A stretch of 62,974 bases of DNA, counting the filler, from Octopus bimaculoides (lineage: Eukaryota): assembly GCF_001194135.2 (NCBI RefSeq). It is 4 parts of 4 records of this genome, joined end to end, with 100 filler letters (N's around TTAATTAATTAA, not from the genome) between each part and the next. Parts side by side here need not be neighbours in the genome. Positions count along the whole stretch, not along the records: positions 1 to 29,972 come from NC_068988.1; 3 more parts are not named here. One strand, written 5' to 3'. Under the pieces are notes generated by a model. It worked only from the letters and a program-made list of their open reading frames with translations, did not search any database and had not been told where the DNA came from. Position numbers and translations under genes: made by a program. This document shows, piece after piece, positions 13,841 to 28,720 of the stretch (position 1 is its first letter; each line of letters starts with the position of its first letter).

Positions 13841-15594
13841 NNNNNNNNNNNNNNNNNNNNNNNNNNNNNNNNNNNNNNNNNNNNNNNNNNNNNNNNNNNN
13901 NNNNNNNNNNNNNNNNNNNNNNNNNNNNNNNNNNNNNNNNNNNNNNNNNNNNNNNNNNNNNNNNNNNNNNNNNNNNNNNNNNNNNNNNNNNNNNNNNNNN
14001 NNNNNNNNNNNNNNNNNNNNNNNNNNNNNNNNNNNNNNNNNNNNNNNNNNNNNNNNNNNNNNNNNNNNNNNNNNNNNNNNNNNNNNNNNNNNNNNNNNNN
14101 NNNNNNNNNNNNNNNNNNNNNNNNNNNNNNNNNNNNNNNNNNNNNNNNNNNNNNNNNNNNNNNNNNNNNNNNNNNNNNNNNNNNNNNNNNNNNNNNNNNN
14201 NNNNNNNNNNNNNNNNNNNNNNNNNNNNNNNNNNNNNNNNNNNNNNNNNNNNNNNNNNNNNNNNNNNNNNNNNNNNNNNNNNNNNNNNNNNNNNNNNNNN
14301 NNNNNNNNNNNNNNNNNNNNNNNNNNNNNNNNNNNNNNNNNNNNNNNNNNNNNNNNNNNNNNNNNNNNNNNNNNNNNNNNNNNNNNNNNNNNNNNNATAT
14401 ATATATATATATATATATATAAATATATATATTCTCACATAAATTTGTACTTGTGTACGTAAATATGTATGTATGTCTGGAAATATTAATGTGAAAATTA
14501 TTCAATACTTGTCATCGGTTACATACATATTCTATTAACGTTCGATAGTTTTTCAGTCATGGCTATTTCTCAAAGTTTTGCTTCAGCTTTAGGAATGAAT
14601 AAAATAGAAGCGTTTGTCGAAAGTTGTATGGAGCCTGGAAGTTTTATTTGAAAATCACTTCGATAACAACTGTTTGGCTATTGTATATAACACATCGGAA
14701 CAAAGTAAAGCGAATTCTTTGCTGAGAAATATCGCATCTTGATCGAGAAATTCTATACATTGAAAATAAGATGGATATTATATTCCAGTACCATCGCCGA
14801 CATAATTTTTATCTAGCTAACAGTGAAAGAAAGTGTGTCCTTCATATGTCTATTTATCTGCAGTTTATTACATGCCAGTTTGAAATTAAATACTGTAACT
14901 TCAATCAGTCTCTTGCTTTGCCCATTTTAACTGCCTCGATATTAAGGGAATAATTAATTTAATCGAGATAGTTAACAGTACGGCTTAATAGAGGTAACTT
15001 TCATTAACAGCAGATGCCTTGCTCTTATTTTATCCACTCTTGCAATTATCATATTCTTTGTTTTGTATTCGAACATATTTGAACGCCAAAATTTAATGAG
15101 ACATAAATCAGCAAGATATAGTGTTCAACAGCAAACTATTTCTGAAAAACCATTGCATCATATAAATATGGATTTCTTATACCGACACAGGGCCTGAAGT
15201 TGATGAGAAAATACAGTCAATTAAATTGACTCTGGAACTTTAATAGAAGATTAAATCAAATTCAGCCCTTGAATAGTATTTATTTTCACGATGAAATATA
15301 ATATTACGTAGCAAAATCTTATGCTTCAAAATGTTGCTGTTCTGTTGAACTTTGGGTTTACCAGCAACACTAACAGGATTAGACATATAATCGTCGCATT
15401 TCAACTGTATTCATCTTGTTTTTTTTTTTAATCTACGTAGGACTACATTCTCTAATGTGGCCTTCAGTTTTGTAAGAAAATAGGTTGTGATATGGAACGA
15501 TTTAGAGATCACATAGAGCTTTTCTAGCTGATTCAAATTCTGTATTTCTAATATGAAATAAAGGAATAAATGGTCGTAATTGGTGAAATCGCTT

Positions 15595-15632
<38 letters not shown>

Positions 15633-15639
15633 TATGTAT

Positions 15640-15810
15640 ATATATGACGGGTTTCTTTTAGATTCCGTCTACCAAATCCACTCGCAAGGCCTTCATCGGC
15701 CTGAGGTTATAGTAGAAGACACTTGCCCAAGGTGCTATGCAGTGGGCCTGAATCAAAAATCATGTGGTTGGGAAGCAAGCTTCTTACCACACAACCACAC
15801 CTGCGTCTAT
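15640..15810 (-). mobile_element. SINE family A, 5' half (similar minus-strand halves at about 36290-36440, 40560-40670, 41540-41690 and 25740-25890)
   Basis: Reverse complement of the family A head (...tagaagacacttgcccaagg...cagtggg.ctgaa...catgtggttg...cttaccac). Confidence 0.8.
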
Positions 15811-18698
15811 GGTCAAATTGTATAACAAAATCATCAAAATACCACTCGAGCGGTTGACGTGTATTCATGAATACACTTGGAATGTTGACTCATAGACTCC
15901 TCACTGTCTTTTTCATAGATAGTACAACGATATATGCGGTTTAACAATTGTTGACCACTTAACACCTTCCACGTAAACTCACCTGAGGCACACATTATCC
16001 CCTTTTTACTACCTATAATGAGTACCTTCCTTAGATCTCGTACTAACTAATTTTCACAATTCTTCATTTTCAGAGCGTCCATCTTGGATTCCTTCCCCTC
16101 TCAGTTGTTTATAATGACCAGCAGCCACATATATCACACCATCTCTGCGACCTTGCAAAGACCGTTAGACCAAAATCTCTCTTCCGACTAAACCATTAAA
16201 AAAAGATAAGTTCTATGTGATTGATTATAGTCTTCTTTTGAAATCTGTGGCCTTGGGGCAACGCTAGAAATCATTATTTCTCTTTTATTTATGCATGCGA
16301 TGTTTTATTTTGTTACGTTTTCATTGTTTTGTTTTGGTTTGCCCTCAGTGTATATTATTTATGCCACCTCTTCCAGTTGTCTTTCCTTGGTATTTCAGTT
16401 AATTGTATACTTCAAGCAGCCCTCAGCTGTAAGCTACGTTAAACAGCGAGCAGGAAAATTAGAGCCATCTGCATTCTACTAACAATAAATACATCGAAGA
16501 TGCTTTGCCGTTTTATCGATAACCTCGTGTGAGAATTGTCAAATATGAATTGTTTTTCGAGATTCCTGAAGTCACATTCTAATAGTTTCTGTTATATCAT
16601 AGCATCGCGTGTCCTAAAATAAGCAATTCATTTCCATGTCAAGAAGGTTACCTGTTGTTATTGTACAACTGCATGAAATAACAACCAAGATTCACTCAAA
16701 ACATACGCAACCATTTTAAAATGCAAATTTACATTGACTAATGTTGTCTGAGAGACGCCCTGGAATAAAAACGCGATCTGGCCTCACCAATAACCCTTTC
16801 TTTTAATCGGTCTATTTGGACTGAACGGACCAAGAACTAATGAATAATATCCAATCTTGTTTGCTTTCAGCCCCATCCCACCCAATATACACAGACTTTC
16901 ACTGACACGATATAACTACATGCAAGCATATACGCGTGCGTTAAAGTCCATAAAAAGCAAATGTTATTTAGATGCATGTCCACTCTAATAAAGCACACTT
17001 GACCGTGCTGTTTAGAATATATTTTCTATATGAACTCCCTTTCTAAGGCGGCAAGTTGTGATTTGAGAGCGTTCTGGTTATTATTTCTAGCAGGCCAACT
17101 GAAGGTGTTTATTAGAAGTAGAACCCAGTAGATCGCAGGTGAAATTTATTCAAATTACATTCAAATTTGAAACTGCTTTCTGGCGTGGGTGAAAATCCCA
17201 ATCGAAAAAAGGGAAAATTATTTAAGCTTTAAGAACAAATCAGTAATTCAATTAAAATGAATTCGTAAAACTAAAAATTCATTCTCGACACTGATACATC
17301 TCTATACATTTTTATGCACATGTACCTATTTCCTGGTACTAAAAATATTCTCGGTCGCAAGGGCAGAAATTCACTTATTAGGTATTTCAGAGATAAACTG
17401 GTTGGTTGTAGCCGAAAGTCCGGAGTGATGTTAATGTTTCATACTTTAATATCAGATTTGCCAAATGTTTTGAAGGTGAAGTTAGTACCTTGTCAATGTG
17501 ACCTTTATCACTACCCGTTTTCACTCAATTATCTGACTTCTTTTCTGTAACTGGATGTAAGTCATGTGACTGTACCCTTATTTGTTTAAACTCAATTCAA
17601 CCCTGATCGAAAGAACTAAAATCAAATTCATTCTATCATTAACTTTTCCGTCTTTCATTGAGACAGTTTTCTAGAGACCACATTAACTAAGTTGTTTCTT
17701 TCTCAGGAGAAATTCGACTACTATGACTAACAAGCCGTAGTATCACTTCACTGGATCGGCGGCTACCGTTTCAGTTTGTAACACTCTCTCGATGAATTAT
17801 TTATGTTCCGTACCTGGCAAGTCTGGCTCCTTTTTTGACTGGAATAGAGAATATTTTTGAAAGGTTTCAACAAGAAGTGTTTATTTTTCTATCCGCTATA
17901 ATCTGACCCGGAAGAGTAGGTAGTACTATTGACTGAAGCAGCTCAATCTATTGAACCTAGGAGCCGTGGGTGACGGCGTAGACATTTGATATTAATTAGT
18001 TCAGTAGCGTTCAAGGATATCAATCGGATCACTTAATCTATCAATTCCAGTACTAACAGGGGTAAGATATCTTAATTACATTGATATGTTAAGCAGACAG
18101 ATTGCAAGGGATTCAATCCCTTCTCTACAAAACCTACCCTATCTATCTTCACCATCAACAGCCTTGTTAATTATCTTAGACCGGTTTGGCAATCTACCAT
18201 TACTGTTAAGTTGGCAGTGAGTTTAACATTTGAGAGAATAAAAATGGATGCAGAAAACCACACCCAAGCGCAGAATATGTAAATAGATACGTTTACATGA
18301 GCGTGTATTCAAGTGGGTACATGTGTGTGTGTGTGTGTGTGTCTGTCTCTGTGTTGTGTGTGTGCACAGCAATGTATATGTGCATGTATATATCTTCACC
18401 TGCATGTGAATACATCGAAACATATTCACTTACGATTATACATGCATGTTATATCATTATATACGCAGATTTACCTACATATAAACATGTGTACGTACAA
18501 AAATATATTTGTCGGTGTTTTTATACGAAGAAGGTAGTACCCGTCAAAAATGACAGTTTATTTGAGTATAGAATAAATAAGCCAGTGAAATGTGTGTGTA
18601 AAAGAATAAGAGTACTACTGATACTGGTTTATATAATAAAGAGATGTAGATACGGCTAAATGGATAGCAGGAGTAAGGATAGAAAAACGTAGCTCTGA

Positions 18699-18743
<45 letters not shown>

Positions 18744-19318
18744 CAGTTATTCAGGAAAGACTCTCTTTCACTACGTAATCATTCTTTCGTGCTTTGTCCA
18801 TCATAATCGACTTCGTTTGTCCTATTAAAGGAATGCACGAATATGAATCGACGCCAGAATTTTACTGCAACTTTATTTTATCAACTCAAATGAATTAAAA
18901 ACAACGCTGACCTTGAAGAACGTAAATACAAGCATTTAAATATCGCCTTACGTTTTGTCGACATTTCGAAGTCTCTGCCAGCTGACAGGTGAAGTACATC
19001 TCAGAAGAATAGTGAAGAAGATACAATTCAATTAAAAACATTAAAAGACAGTGCCTCTGCATGGCCATAGTCCAATGAACCAGTAAAATAATATACAGCC
19101 ATATGCATATAGACTTGGGTATTTATGCCTGCGGGTTTCAACATGCATCTGCAACAAACACCATGAGTCTTGTATATTATTTTAAGAGATGACGTCGAAA
19201 GCATCCAATAGCTCTTACTACACCTCTCAGTTCTATTTCCTTTTTCTCTGCGTTTCACTGTCTCACTCTCTCCTTCTTTCTTCCCCCCTCTCTCTTTCTC
19301 TCCGTATATACACAGGCT

Positions 19319-19377
19319 ACAACACACATATACATTCACAAATACATATATTAATACATACATACATATATACATAC

Positions 19378-19431
<54 letters not shown>

Positions 19432-19574
19432 CATATATATATATATATATATGTATGCATGTATATGTATAAGTATACACACAAAATTATGTATTTATAT
19501 TTGTGCGTGTGAATATATGCATTACTCACAGCGTGACAGAACAAAAGCAACAAAAATATGATATATAACGTAAC

Positions 19575-19628
<54 letters not shown>

Positions 19629-19629
19629 A

Positions 19630-19663
<34 letters not shown>

Positions 19664-20067
19664 ATGTATGTATGTATGTACGTATGGGAGAGTAAGCATT
19701 TGACTTACGTAAAGGGAATTGGAAAATCACGTACGTATACACACTCATACCGACGTATATTATGTTTGCATGCGTTTATATGCGTCCGTCTGTGATTATT
19801 TATGTACGTCTTACGTTCTTTTGGGGGAAGTAGCACTAGGTATTTATAACCAGACATTGACACAGTTCTCGTCGGTTGCCACGGCAAGGAATTACACATG
19901 ACCTCATGCAGATACACATGAACACACGTATGTAAATTCACTCTAGCTCGTTCACAGATATGTGTGTGTGTGTGTGTCTGTGTATCTGTGTGTAACGCTC
20001 GTGCCTGTGTGTACCCCAGCTTGCCTGTTTGAATGTGTGTATACATGCATACATGTATGTATATATG

Positions 20068-20124
<57 letters not shown>

Positions 20125-20357
20125 NNNNNNNNNNNNNNNNNGGGGGGGGGGGGTATGTACATATGTATATACATATATACATATACACATACATATCTAT
20201 CTATATATATATATATACATATAGAAATATGTATACATACATATACAGAGGCATACACACACATATACACGTCTGACGCACGTGTATGTGTGTGTCCCTT
20301 GCCTGTTTGTGTGTGCGTATACATGCGTTTATACGTGCTTATAACTATTTGTATATA

Positions 20358-20406
<49 letters not shown>
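19319..20406. repeat. Dense compound (TA)n/(CA)n/(TACA)n microsatellite field; representative of similar fields flanking nearly every gap
   Basis: Direct inspection. Confidence 0.95.
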
Positions 20407-21974
20407 NNNNNNNNNNNNNNNNNNNNNNNNNNNNNNNNNNNNNNNNNNNNNNNNNNNNNNNNNNNNNNNNNNNNNNNNNNNNNNNNNNNNNNNNNNNNNN
20501 NNNNNNNNNNNNNNNNNNNNNNNNNNNNNNNNNNNNNNNNNNNNNNNNNNNNNNNNNNNNNNNNNNNNNNNNNNNNNNNNNNNNNNNNNNNNNNNNNNNN
20601 NNNNNNNNNNNNNNNNNNNNNNNNNNNNNNNNNNNNNNNNNNNNNNNNNNNNNNNNNNNNNNNNNNNNNNNNNNNNNNNNNNNNNNNNNNNNNNNNNNNN
20701 NNNNNNNNNNNNNNNNNNNNNNNNNNNNNNNNNNNNNNNNNNNNNNNNNNNNNNNNNNNNNNNNNNNNNNNNNNNNNNNNNNNNNNNNNNNNNNNNNNNN
20801 NNNNNNNNNNNNNNNNNNNNNNNNNNNNNNNNNNNNNNNNNNNNTATATATAATACGTTGCTTGTCATATTGAAAAACGATCAGCTGTGCTAACCATAAT
20901 CCCATTACGTGTTAATGAGATGCTCTAGAAATGCAGGCTCTGATGTAAGAAACAGGTGAATAATGGTTACCATATGTTGTAAATTAGGCGTGAAGTCTTA
21001 AGCAAGTAAGACTTAAGTGACTTGTCCCAATAGCAATAAAATTTACAGCCAACAATCAGAACCGAACTGCCTTACATATTGCGAAGACGGAAATAAAATT
21101 TGCTGTAAATCTGTATAGGGTAACATTCTTGGTACTAACTGCGTAGTGCCACTATATGTAAACGTGGCGAGTGGGGGTTCACAGCTGTGCTGAGAAATGT
21201 AATGAAATTTATATTTTTTTTCTTTTCCTTATGTATTTGCCTTTATAGATCTCTTTTGTTGGCATCATAATATTTGTATTCAGCCCATAGTCCGCACCCG
21301 GAAGAAAGATTGCTCCCTTTTGGTCTAATTCATGACAGTGGATGCGTGACTGAAATATTTATATCTATTTCTAGATTCCTATTTACTCCAGTGTATAAGG
21401 GGTAAGCTGAAACTAATCGTCATTCTCTTTCTTTCGTGTACCAGTGAATATTATTAACTTATAGAAATTGAAATTTCTTATAGAAATTGATATTTGTGAT
21501 ATCAGTCGTAGTACTGGCTTATATGAATTAGCCTCAAGTACTCCGAAAAACTGGAAGAAACAGATCAAACGTCACATAAAGAGTAAATGTAACAGAAGCT
21601 TTCTACGTGTCATACTTAACGTAAATACATCTTAGAAAGACAAATTTACTGCAGTGTTCGTCCTGAGATAATATCTCTTATGGGCGTTCAGTGTTCAAAA
21701 TAGAATATATTGGAATGAGATGAAAATCGCCCCAATAGCAGCTAGCTAGAACGTCAGATGCACTTCTGCCTCATTAGTGTTTGTCGATGGCGTGTACTCA
21801 CTGCCAAATGCATGTATAAACGTGATTTGTCTTCCTTAATATGTAGGAAATTAGCAAAAACATTCACTGGTCGCGGTGGTAATTAGAGATGCATAATATA
21901 TAATACCGAAAACTCTGAAGGAAAATTCTTGATGTGTGGGTGTTGTAGAGCAGCTGCTTTTTCCGGATATAGGT

Positions 21975-22400
21975 AAATATGGACAGAGACCTGGAGGGCA
22001 TCACACAATGGAGCAAAACCAATGTCATCTCTTTTAACTGCAAAAAACACTCAAGTACAACACATCACAGGTTAACATGATTACATCTTACTCACCCCTG
22101 AGTCAGGCAACTAGAGTCCTCACAACCACTTCAAATAGATAAGACCTCACATGCTAAAGTATTTCACATGCTAAAATCACATTCTTTGCATAGGTAAAAG
22201 CACATCTCAAAGACTGGTCCTACTTTTCGTGTCCAGAGAATATTTCACCTCTCACCACATACTGAAGATCAACAAATCTCGTGTGAGATTCATAATGGAG
22301 TTTTACTTCCACGTCTGGGACCATGATTCTGCATCACACTCAAGTAATTTGGACTGCATCTAGAGAAAACCCATTTAAATGATTGGCGTAAAATTCACTA
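21975..22400 (+). mobile_element. Old CR1/Jockey-group LINE RT C-terminal fragment
   Basis: DRDLEGITQWSKTNVISFNCKK and NKSRVRFIMEFYFHVWD...LDCI*RK resemble the DL..I..WS..N.M.FN..K and YKS.VRP.LEY...VW motifs; many stops. Confidence 0.6.
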
Positions 22401-22923
22401 AGATGCTCTGATTTCTATTTAACGGCTTTGATTATTACTATACACAGCGGTCTGCTGAAGCCATAGGCCCTATTTCGTTCTCTAGATGTACCAAATATTA
22501 AAAAATCGGTTGGTAATTCGGATCAAATTGTTGATACGACCTCAGTTACATCTCTACTTATCAAGTAAATTTTAGATTTTTCTTTAACATTTTGAAGGTT
22601 CCATCAAATAAATAGCTCAACTAGATACAAGTTGAATATCACTTCCATCCGTTAGATCTTGGAATGCAGACTAAATGCTGTCCAAGTTAAATCCGTGAAG
22701 ACCACGGATTTACGATTTCTAGATGTACTGAAACAGGAAGATGCTTTTACATTATCATTCTATCTACAAGAGTGAGTATATTGTGTACACACGGTATTTA
22801 ACGTGTTATCCGTAATCTCTATATGATATTCAGTATTGGGTACTCTCTTGATAGTTTGTGCATTGAAACATAAATGCACACAGACACACACACACACACA
22901 CATGCACACACATACACACACAC

Positions 22924-22978
<55 letters not shown>

Positions 22979-23316
22979 ATATATACACGTATATACATAC
23001 ATATGTGGATATAATACTTTCCCACATAAGGACACACAAAATACGTACACACACATGATACATGCTGCGCACACACATATACGCGTGCGAGCGCAAAACA
23101 AACACACAAACCACACAAACGCATATATAAATATGTGTGTATGTGCATGTGTAGATATTATATGTATCATAGAGATAAGCAGTTTGTCAGTGAATATATC
23201 ATATAGATACATTCATCTGATACTGATATCATTTTATGACTCCATATGACGTACACATTTATCTCTTCGTACTATTCAGATATCTCTATTTCATAGCACA
23301 AACCACATATCATATG

Positions 23317-23354
<38 letters not shown>

Positions 23355-25225
23355 CGTACACACACAAACACACACAAGTGTATGTATGTGTGTGTGCGTT
23401 TGATAGTTGTTTGTTTGTGTGCGTGTGGTGGGGTGTACATACGTACGCATGTATAATCATTTGTATATTTATACCCTTCGTCAAATCATTTGATACAGAG
23501 ATCTTCATAGCTGTATCAAACGTGTTCGGCGTCTCCAGAGATAGTTAGTATTTTACCGATATCATGTTCTGATAGTATGTAATTTGTCTATTTTTTGTTT
23601 ACTTAGTGTTGTTGCTGTTGTTGTTGTGGTTGTTGTTGTCGTCGTCTTCGTCGTCGTCGTCGTTTTTGTTGTTGTTAAGGCTACTTGCCAGCAGAATGGT
23701 TTGTGCGTCGATCAAAATGTTTTGTGGTATTTCTTTCAGCTCGTTATATGTTCAGCTCAAACCACGGTCAACTTTGCTCTTCATATTTTTTTATTAGATA
23801 AAATAAGGTTTTAGTCCCGTACGAGGATTAATCGACTTTCAATCTCCACCGATAATTCCTAAACTTGTGACAACATTTTAAACCATACTGGATTGATGAG
23901 TGAGCTGTTTGAATTGCTCGAGGTCTGGTTTTATCAAAATTTCCAAGTGGGGAACAACTGAGATGATATGCGAATAGTGTGATCAATCTCACCCAGAAAA
24001 TGGACGATAAAAAGCTAACCCTGAAACGCTGGGAAGAATCGGCGAACGTTTATATGGCCTGCTGGTCGAACCTTTCGCCAGTTCACGTCTCAGTAGACTG
24101 GAGTGCCTACTCCTCTGTTTTCTTTGGAAGGGACGCGTTCTACTGGCCAGGTGCTAAACTTGTTATTAACGATTAACATTGACAGATCACGATTAACAGG
24201 TCATGATGTGGTGGATGAAGCGCAGGCATGCGCCGAGGCTGAGTCATCTCCATCACTTCATTGACGGTGAACGATAGTGGTCGCCATTTGTCACACTCAC
24301 TTTTCCACAGTTGGTCTCTGTGACAAAGATGCAGTTTTAGATCGTCTGGCACCTAAAGTGTCATTAGACGCTCACAATCATCTGCCAATCGGTAGGAGTT
24401 CCACTTTCGCTTTTCTAGAGAAGCATACTAACGAGTAAGAGCGACGACACTCGCAAGAAGACTTTTGCGTAATCGAGAATCAACTGCCTTTTCTGCCTGG
24501 TACTTTCCGGCATGGGTCCATGGATAAATTCAATAAATCACTCTGGCCTGACAGTGCTACTAGGCATTATCGGTTGGAGATAGATTCTACAGGCATAGAA
24601 GTACCGTCAGCCGAGTCTACCTGCGAAGCCCGCTCTGCGAGGAAACTAATCTGCACACAATCGTCCAGCACCCGAGCATTGCTTTTTTGTGAATATCTGC
24701 TTCTGCATATAGGACGGGCCCGGCTTTCGATGAGTCCATTTACAAGATCTTTCTTTGGCCAGGAATCACAACAGTTTTATCAGTCTGATGGACTTCGCGA
24801 AAGTGCTGTGGAAGACCAGACAAAGAAAACAGGCTCTTTATCTTTGAATAAACCCTCATAAACTTGTTCAAATTTTACTTGCAAAAGAGAGTTAGGGGCT
24901 AAGTGGTAACTTCAAGTAAACTTGATGGAAGGTGAATCAGAGTTGCGAGTACACTCAACCGAGTATATGCCAGTAGACGAAAGAAGAAGATTCGGGAGAG
25001 GGTATTGGCTCAACTGGGCAGAGTTTAGAGGGATACCACAAGGAACCCTCGGAAGACTCTATCTTATATACATGCATATACATGCATGTATATAAGATAT
25101 ATACATATATATCTTCTGAGTATGCTATAAGTTAGTTTTGTATAATGATGCAAACTACATGTTTGTGTACCTTCTCTATTTCTTCATTTTATTATAACAA
25201 ATCAGCTTGTTCTGGATCACTGTTT

Positions 25226-25256
<31 letters not shown>

Positions 25257-26223
25257 AGAAAGAGAGAGAGAGAAAGAAAGAGAGTGTATGTGTGCATGCG
25301 TGCCTGTTGACATTATGCGAGCATGCGTGTGTACGTGTCAACAAAATTATTGTCCTTGCCTGCTGGTTATCTTAAACGTTTTGTGAAAATACTTGTTCAC
25401 ATACTGGTCAGCTATGATAATCCCAACCGTTTTTGAAAACTGCGCTTTTAAGACCACCTTGCTCAATACTCTTTCCCTCTCTCTTTTCACAGATAGTGGT
25501 GTAATTTGAGGTCGAATATGTCTCTACTTGGTTTAATTATAAGAAATCAAAGTCCATCCCCTACACATAAGCTCCCAGCATAGTAGGAAACTATTTAAAA
25601 TTTCATTACTATAGTCCAGATGTAATTATCTAAATAATGGTCGAAACATACAGAAATCTTAATATTGTTTTTTTCTTTAATTAATCCAGTATTTAATCTA
25701 CCTGAAACATTTTTTTTAATCTGGTACTTTTTCAATCAGATACTTTTACCGAACCGCTAGTTTTCGGAGACCTCTAATAAATTTACTCACTAAGAACTGG
25801 TTAAGGGCTATAATCAAGACACTTTGTCTAAGATGGCATGCACCGCGATTGAACCCGAAATAACGTGGTTGCAAAACCACGCCAGCAATTATTTGCATTA
25901 TTTAAAGAAAAATAACCCGTGGCTTTGTAGAACCATTTGTCATTGAATCGTTAATGAAGATATATGAGATCCAAGTGTCAACTATTGCAAACAAAGGGCC
26001 ATGTAAATTACTGGAAACAGTAAGGAAGGCACGACTATTGATTAAGAATTTTTCTTCGCTAACAGGTGGTTCCGTTTCGATCTCTCTGCATGATACCTTT
26101 GGTAAATACTACAGGCTCCTGCTTATCAACAACGTGTCATCAGACACTCATAAATGGAAACTGTGAGAGAGCTCCTTCGTATGAGTGCGTATACACGTCT
26201 GTGTATGTCCACACACACACACG

Positions 26224-26270
<47 letters not shown>

Positions 26271-26822
26271 NNNNNNNNNNNNNNNNNNNNNNNNNNNNNN
26301 NNNNNNNNNNNNNNNNNNNNNNNNNNNNNNNNNNNNNNNNNNNNNNNNNNNNNNNNNNNNNNNNNNNNNNNNNNNNNNNNNNNNNNNNNNNNNNNNNNNN
26401 NNNNNNNNNNNNNNNNNNNNNNNNNNNNNNNNNNNNNNNNNNNNNNNNNNNNNNNNNNNNNNNNNNNNNNNNNNNNNNNNNNNNNNNNNNNNNNNNNNNN
26501 NNNNNNNNNNNNNNNNNNNNNNNNNNNNNNNNNNNNNNNNNNNNNNNNNNNNNNNNNNNNNNNNNNNNNNNNNNNNNNNNNNNNNNNNNNNNNNNNNNNN
26601 NNNNNNNNNNNNNNNNNNNNNNNNNNNNNNNNNNNNNNNNNNNNNNNNNNNNNNNNNNNNNNNNNNNNNNNNNNNNNNNNNNNNNNNNNNNNNNNNNNNN
26701 NNNNNNNNNNNNNNNNNNNNNNNNNNNNNNNNNNNNNNNNNNNNNNNNNNNNNNNNNNNNNNNNNNNNNNNNNNNNNNNNNNNNNNNNNNNNNNNNNNNN
26801 NNNNNNNNNNNNNNNNNNNNNN

Positions 26823-27044
26823 GATCTTTGACAACTATATCTGGTCTATTTGCCTTAATTTCTCTATCTGTGTGTATTGGCATATCCCAGAGTATGGTTG
26901 CTTTCTCGTTTTCTGTGACCTTTTCTGGCGTGTGTTTTTACCATCTTTTTTCTGTTGTTATTCCATAGTGTTGGCATAGCTTCCAGTGTATATAGGTCCC
27001 AGATTTGTCATGTCTGTGAATATATTCCTTCTTAGCCAGGACTG

Positions 27045-27045
<1 letters not shown>
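26823..27045 (-). mobile_element. R4/Dong-like LINE fragment (continues into gap)
   Basis: KEYIHRHDKSGTYIHWKLCQHYG...PEKVTENEKATILWDMPIHTDREIKANRPDIVVKD; abuts the (TAA)n tract at 27046-27100. Confidence 0.85.
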
Positions 27046-27106
<61 letters not shown>

Positions 27107-27257
27107 TTTGTCAAAGCTTTTGCATCACACAAAATGTAATAAGCAGAACAATAGGAGACACATGGGACAGAGAGTCGCCTAAGAAACTAAAATAATAATT
27201 ATAAAGCTGAAATGAAGACCAGATATGTAGTGCATGTGTTCGTGCGCGTGCGCTTAC

Positions 27258-27305
<48 letters not shown>

Positions 27306-27382
27306 TTGGTTGCCTCAAACTCCTTTTAACGGGACCACGAAACTTTAATTTGCATGGAACCGAATCAAACTGTTATTAAATA

Positions 27383-27423
<41 letters not shown>

Positions 27424-28249
27424 CGCGCAACAATCGTTTACCAATAAAGAAACCTAACGAATGTATAAACACATTGTCAGCTGCCTACTGAAATTCATTA
27501 TTGTTTCGATGCCGTGACAGTACTGTTCATGCTGTCGGTGTCTTCAGCATCAGATATCGAGAGGTTGCTTGGAAGTAACGAACAGTAGCCAAGGGCGAAA
27601 CAGAAGTTCAGTATGTTCATTGACTTCACATCTGCTGAAAGTTACTAATCGCAAAACAGAAAACGAACGAAGCTTTACCCAAAATATAACGTAAACTTAT
27701 GCGGAATTCAGCTGAGAAACATATGAATCAAATAAAAAATAAAATAAAACGATTACTCCAAAATTAACATTGCCTCTTTAACAACCATAAAATATAAAGA
27801 ACTATAAAACATAAGAACCAACTAAACGTAGCATAGTTAATTTACTAAACATAAAATCGATTAAATAAAATATCAAGCATATAAAACAATTACAGTCGGA
27901 GAAATATAACTGAAACATATATCCATTAAGAAAATAATACAAAGCGAATAAGCTGTCATTGAACTGCAGCTATCAAACAAATAAATTAATTCATTTAAAG
28001 AAAATAAAACTAAAATGAATATTACCATCTAATAAACTATGAAATATAATTAAAACTAACTAAAGGTATAGAAACGACTTACCACATAAACCAAAATTAT
28101 TATGTCTCATGTGGTACTAAACCAAAAGAGCCAAAACATACATACTATTTCAACGTTAAATAACAGAAGATTGATCGTAGCTTATTAACTGAAGTGCGCC
28201 AGATACTTCCCAGCGAAAGTGACGATTTATATAGAATAGGACTTGGCGA

Positions 28250-28720
28250 TATACTAAATATTTAAAACTAAAACTTCAAATATGACAGCTTCGGGATGCA
28301 AGTTGATCAGTCACCTAGTTGCAAAGCTTTAACACTTAATTTCAGCTTAAATGAAAAAGTGTACCCATTTAAAGGAAAATTTAAACATGGAAGCTGGCAC
28401 ATCCTGTGGATTTTCAGACCATCGGTGACTGAACCACGAAGTCCAACAATCTGGCTTGACAGGGAACGCAATTTATTGTACACCCAGCGGAACAAAGTAC
28501 GAAGCCTGTATAAAGAGATGTATTCAGAAGAGCCGACAACCTCTCATTACCAACGTGGTTCTCCAGAGAACAATTCAAAGAAGTAAAGTTCTCTTAAAAG
28601 TTGAATGTTTTCGTGTCATTGGTGTCAGTGGCTGCAGAATCATCAACTTCTAATCTGTTTTTCTGCTCTGCTTACCATATTTCAATAATAGACTCAACTG
28701 TATCTCCAAAAATTTAAAAG
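28250..28720 (-). mobile_element. Possible decayed hAT transposase fragment
   Basis: LSSQIVGLRGSVTDG...IHRMCQLPCLNFPLN loosely resembles the hAT 'iv.tDg' and 'H.C.AH.LNL' motifs. Confidence 0.3.

Noticed and set aside
20142-20152. G-run as a G-quadruplex or regulatory site
   Set aside because: A single homopolymer at a gap edge, probably a sequencing or assembly artefact.
21249-21401. Strong acceptor and donor pair on the plus strand
   Set aside because: Stops in all three frames; it could only be non-coding and nothing else supports it.
22688-22712. 10-bp hairpin taaatccgtg-aagac-cacggattta
   Set aside because: Too short to be significant in 63 kb of AT-rich sequence without further context.
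26066-26101. 36-nt symmetric exon candidate GGSVSISLHDTF
   Set aside because: Moderate donor (GTAAAT), isolated, and separated from the real gene by three scaffold joins.
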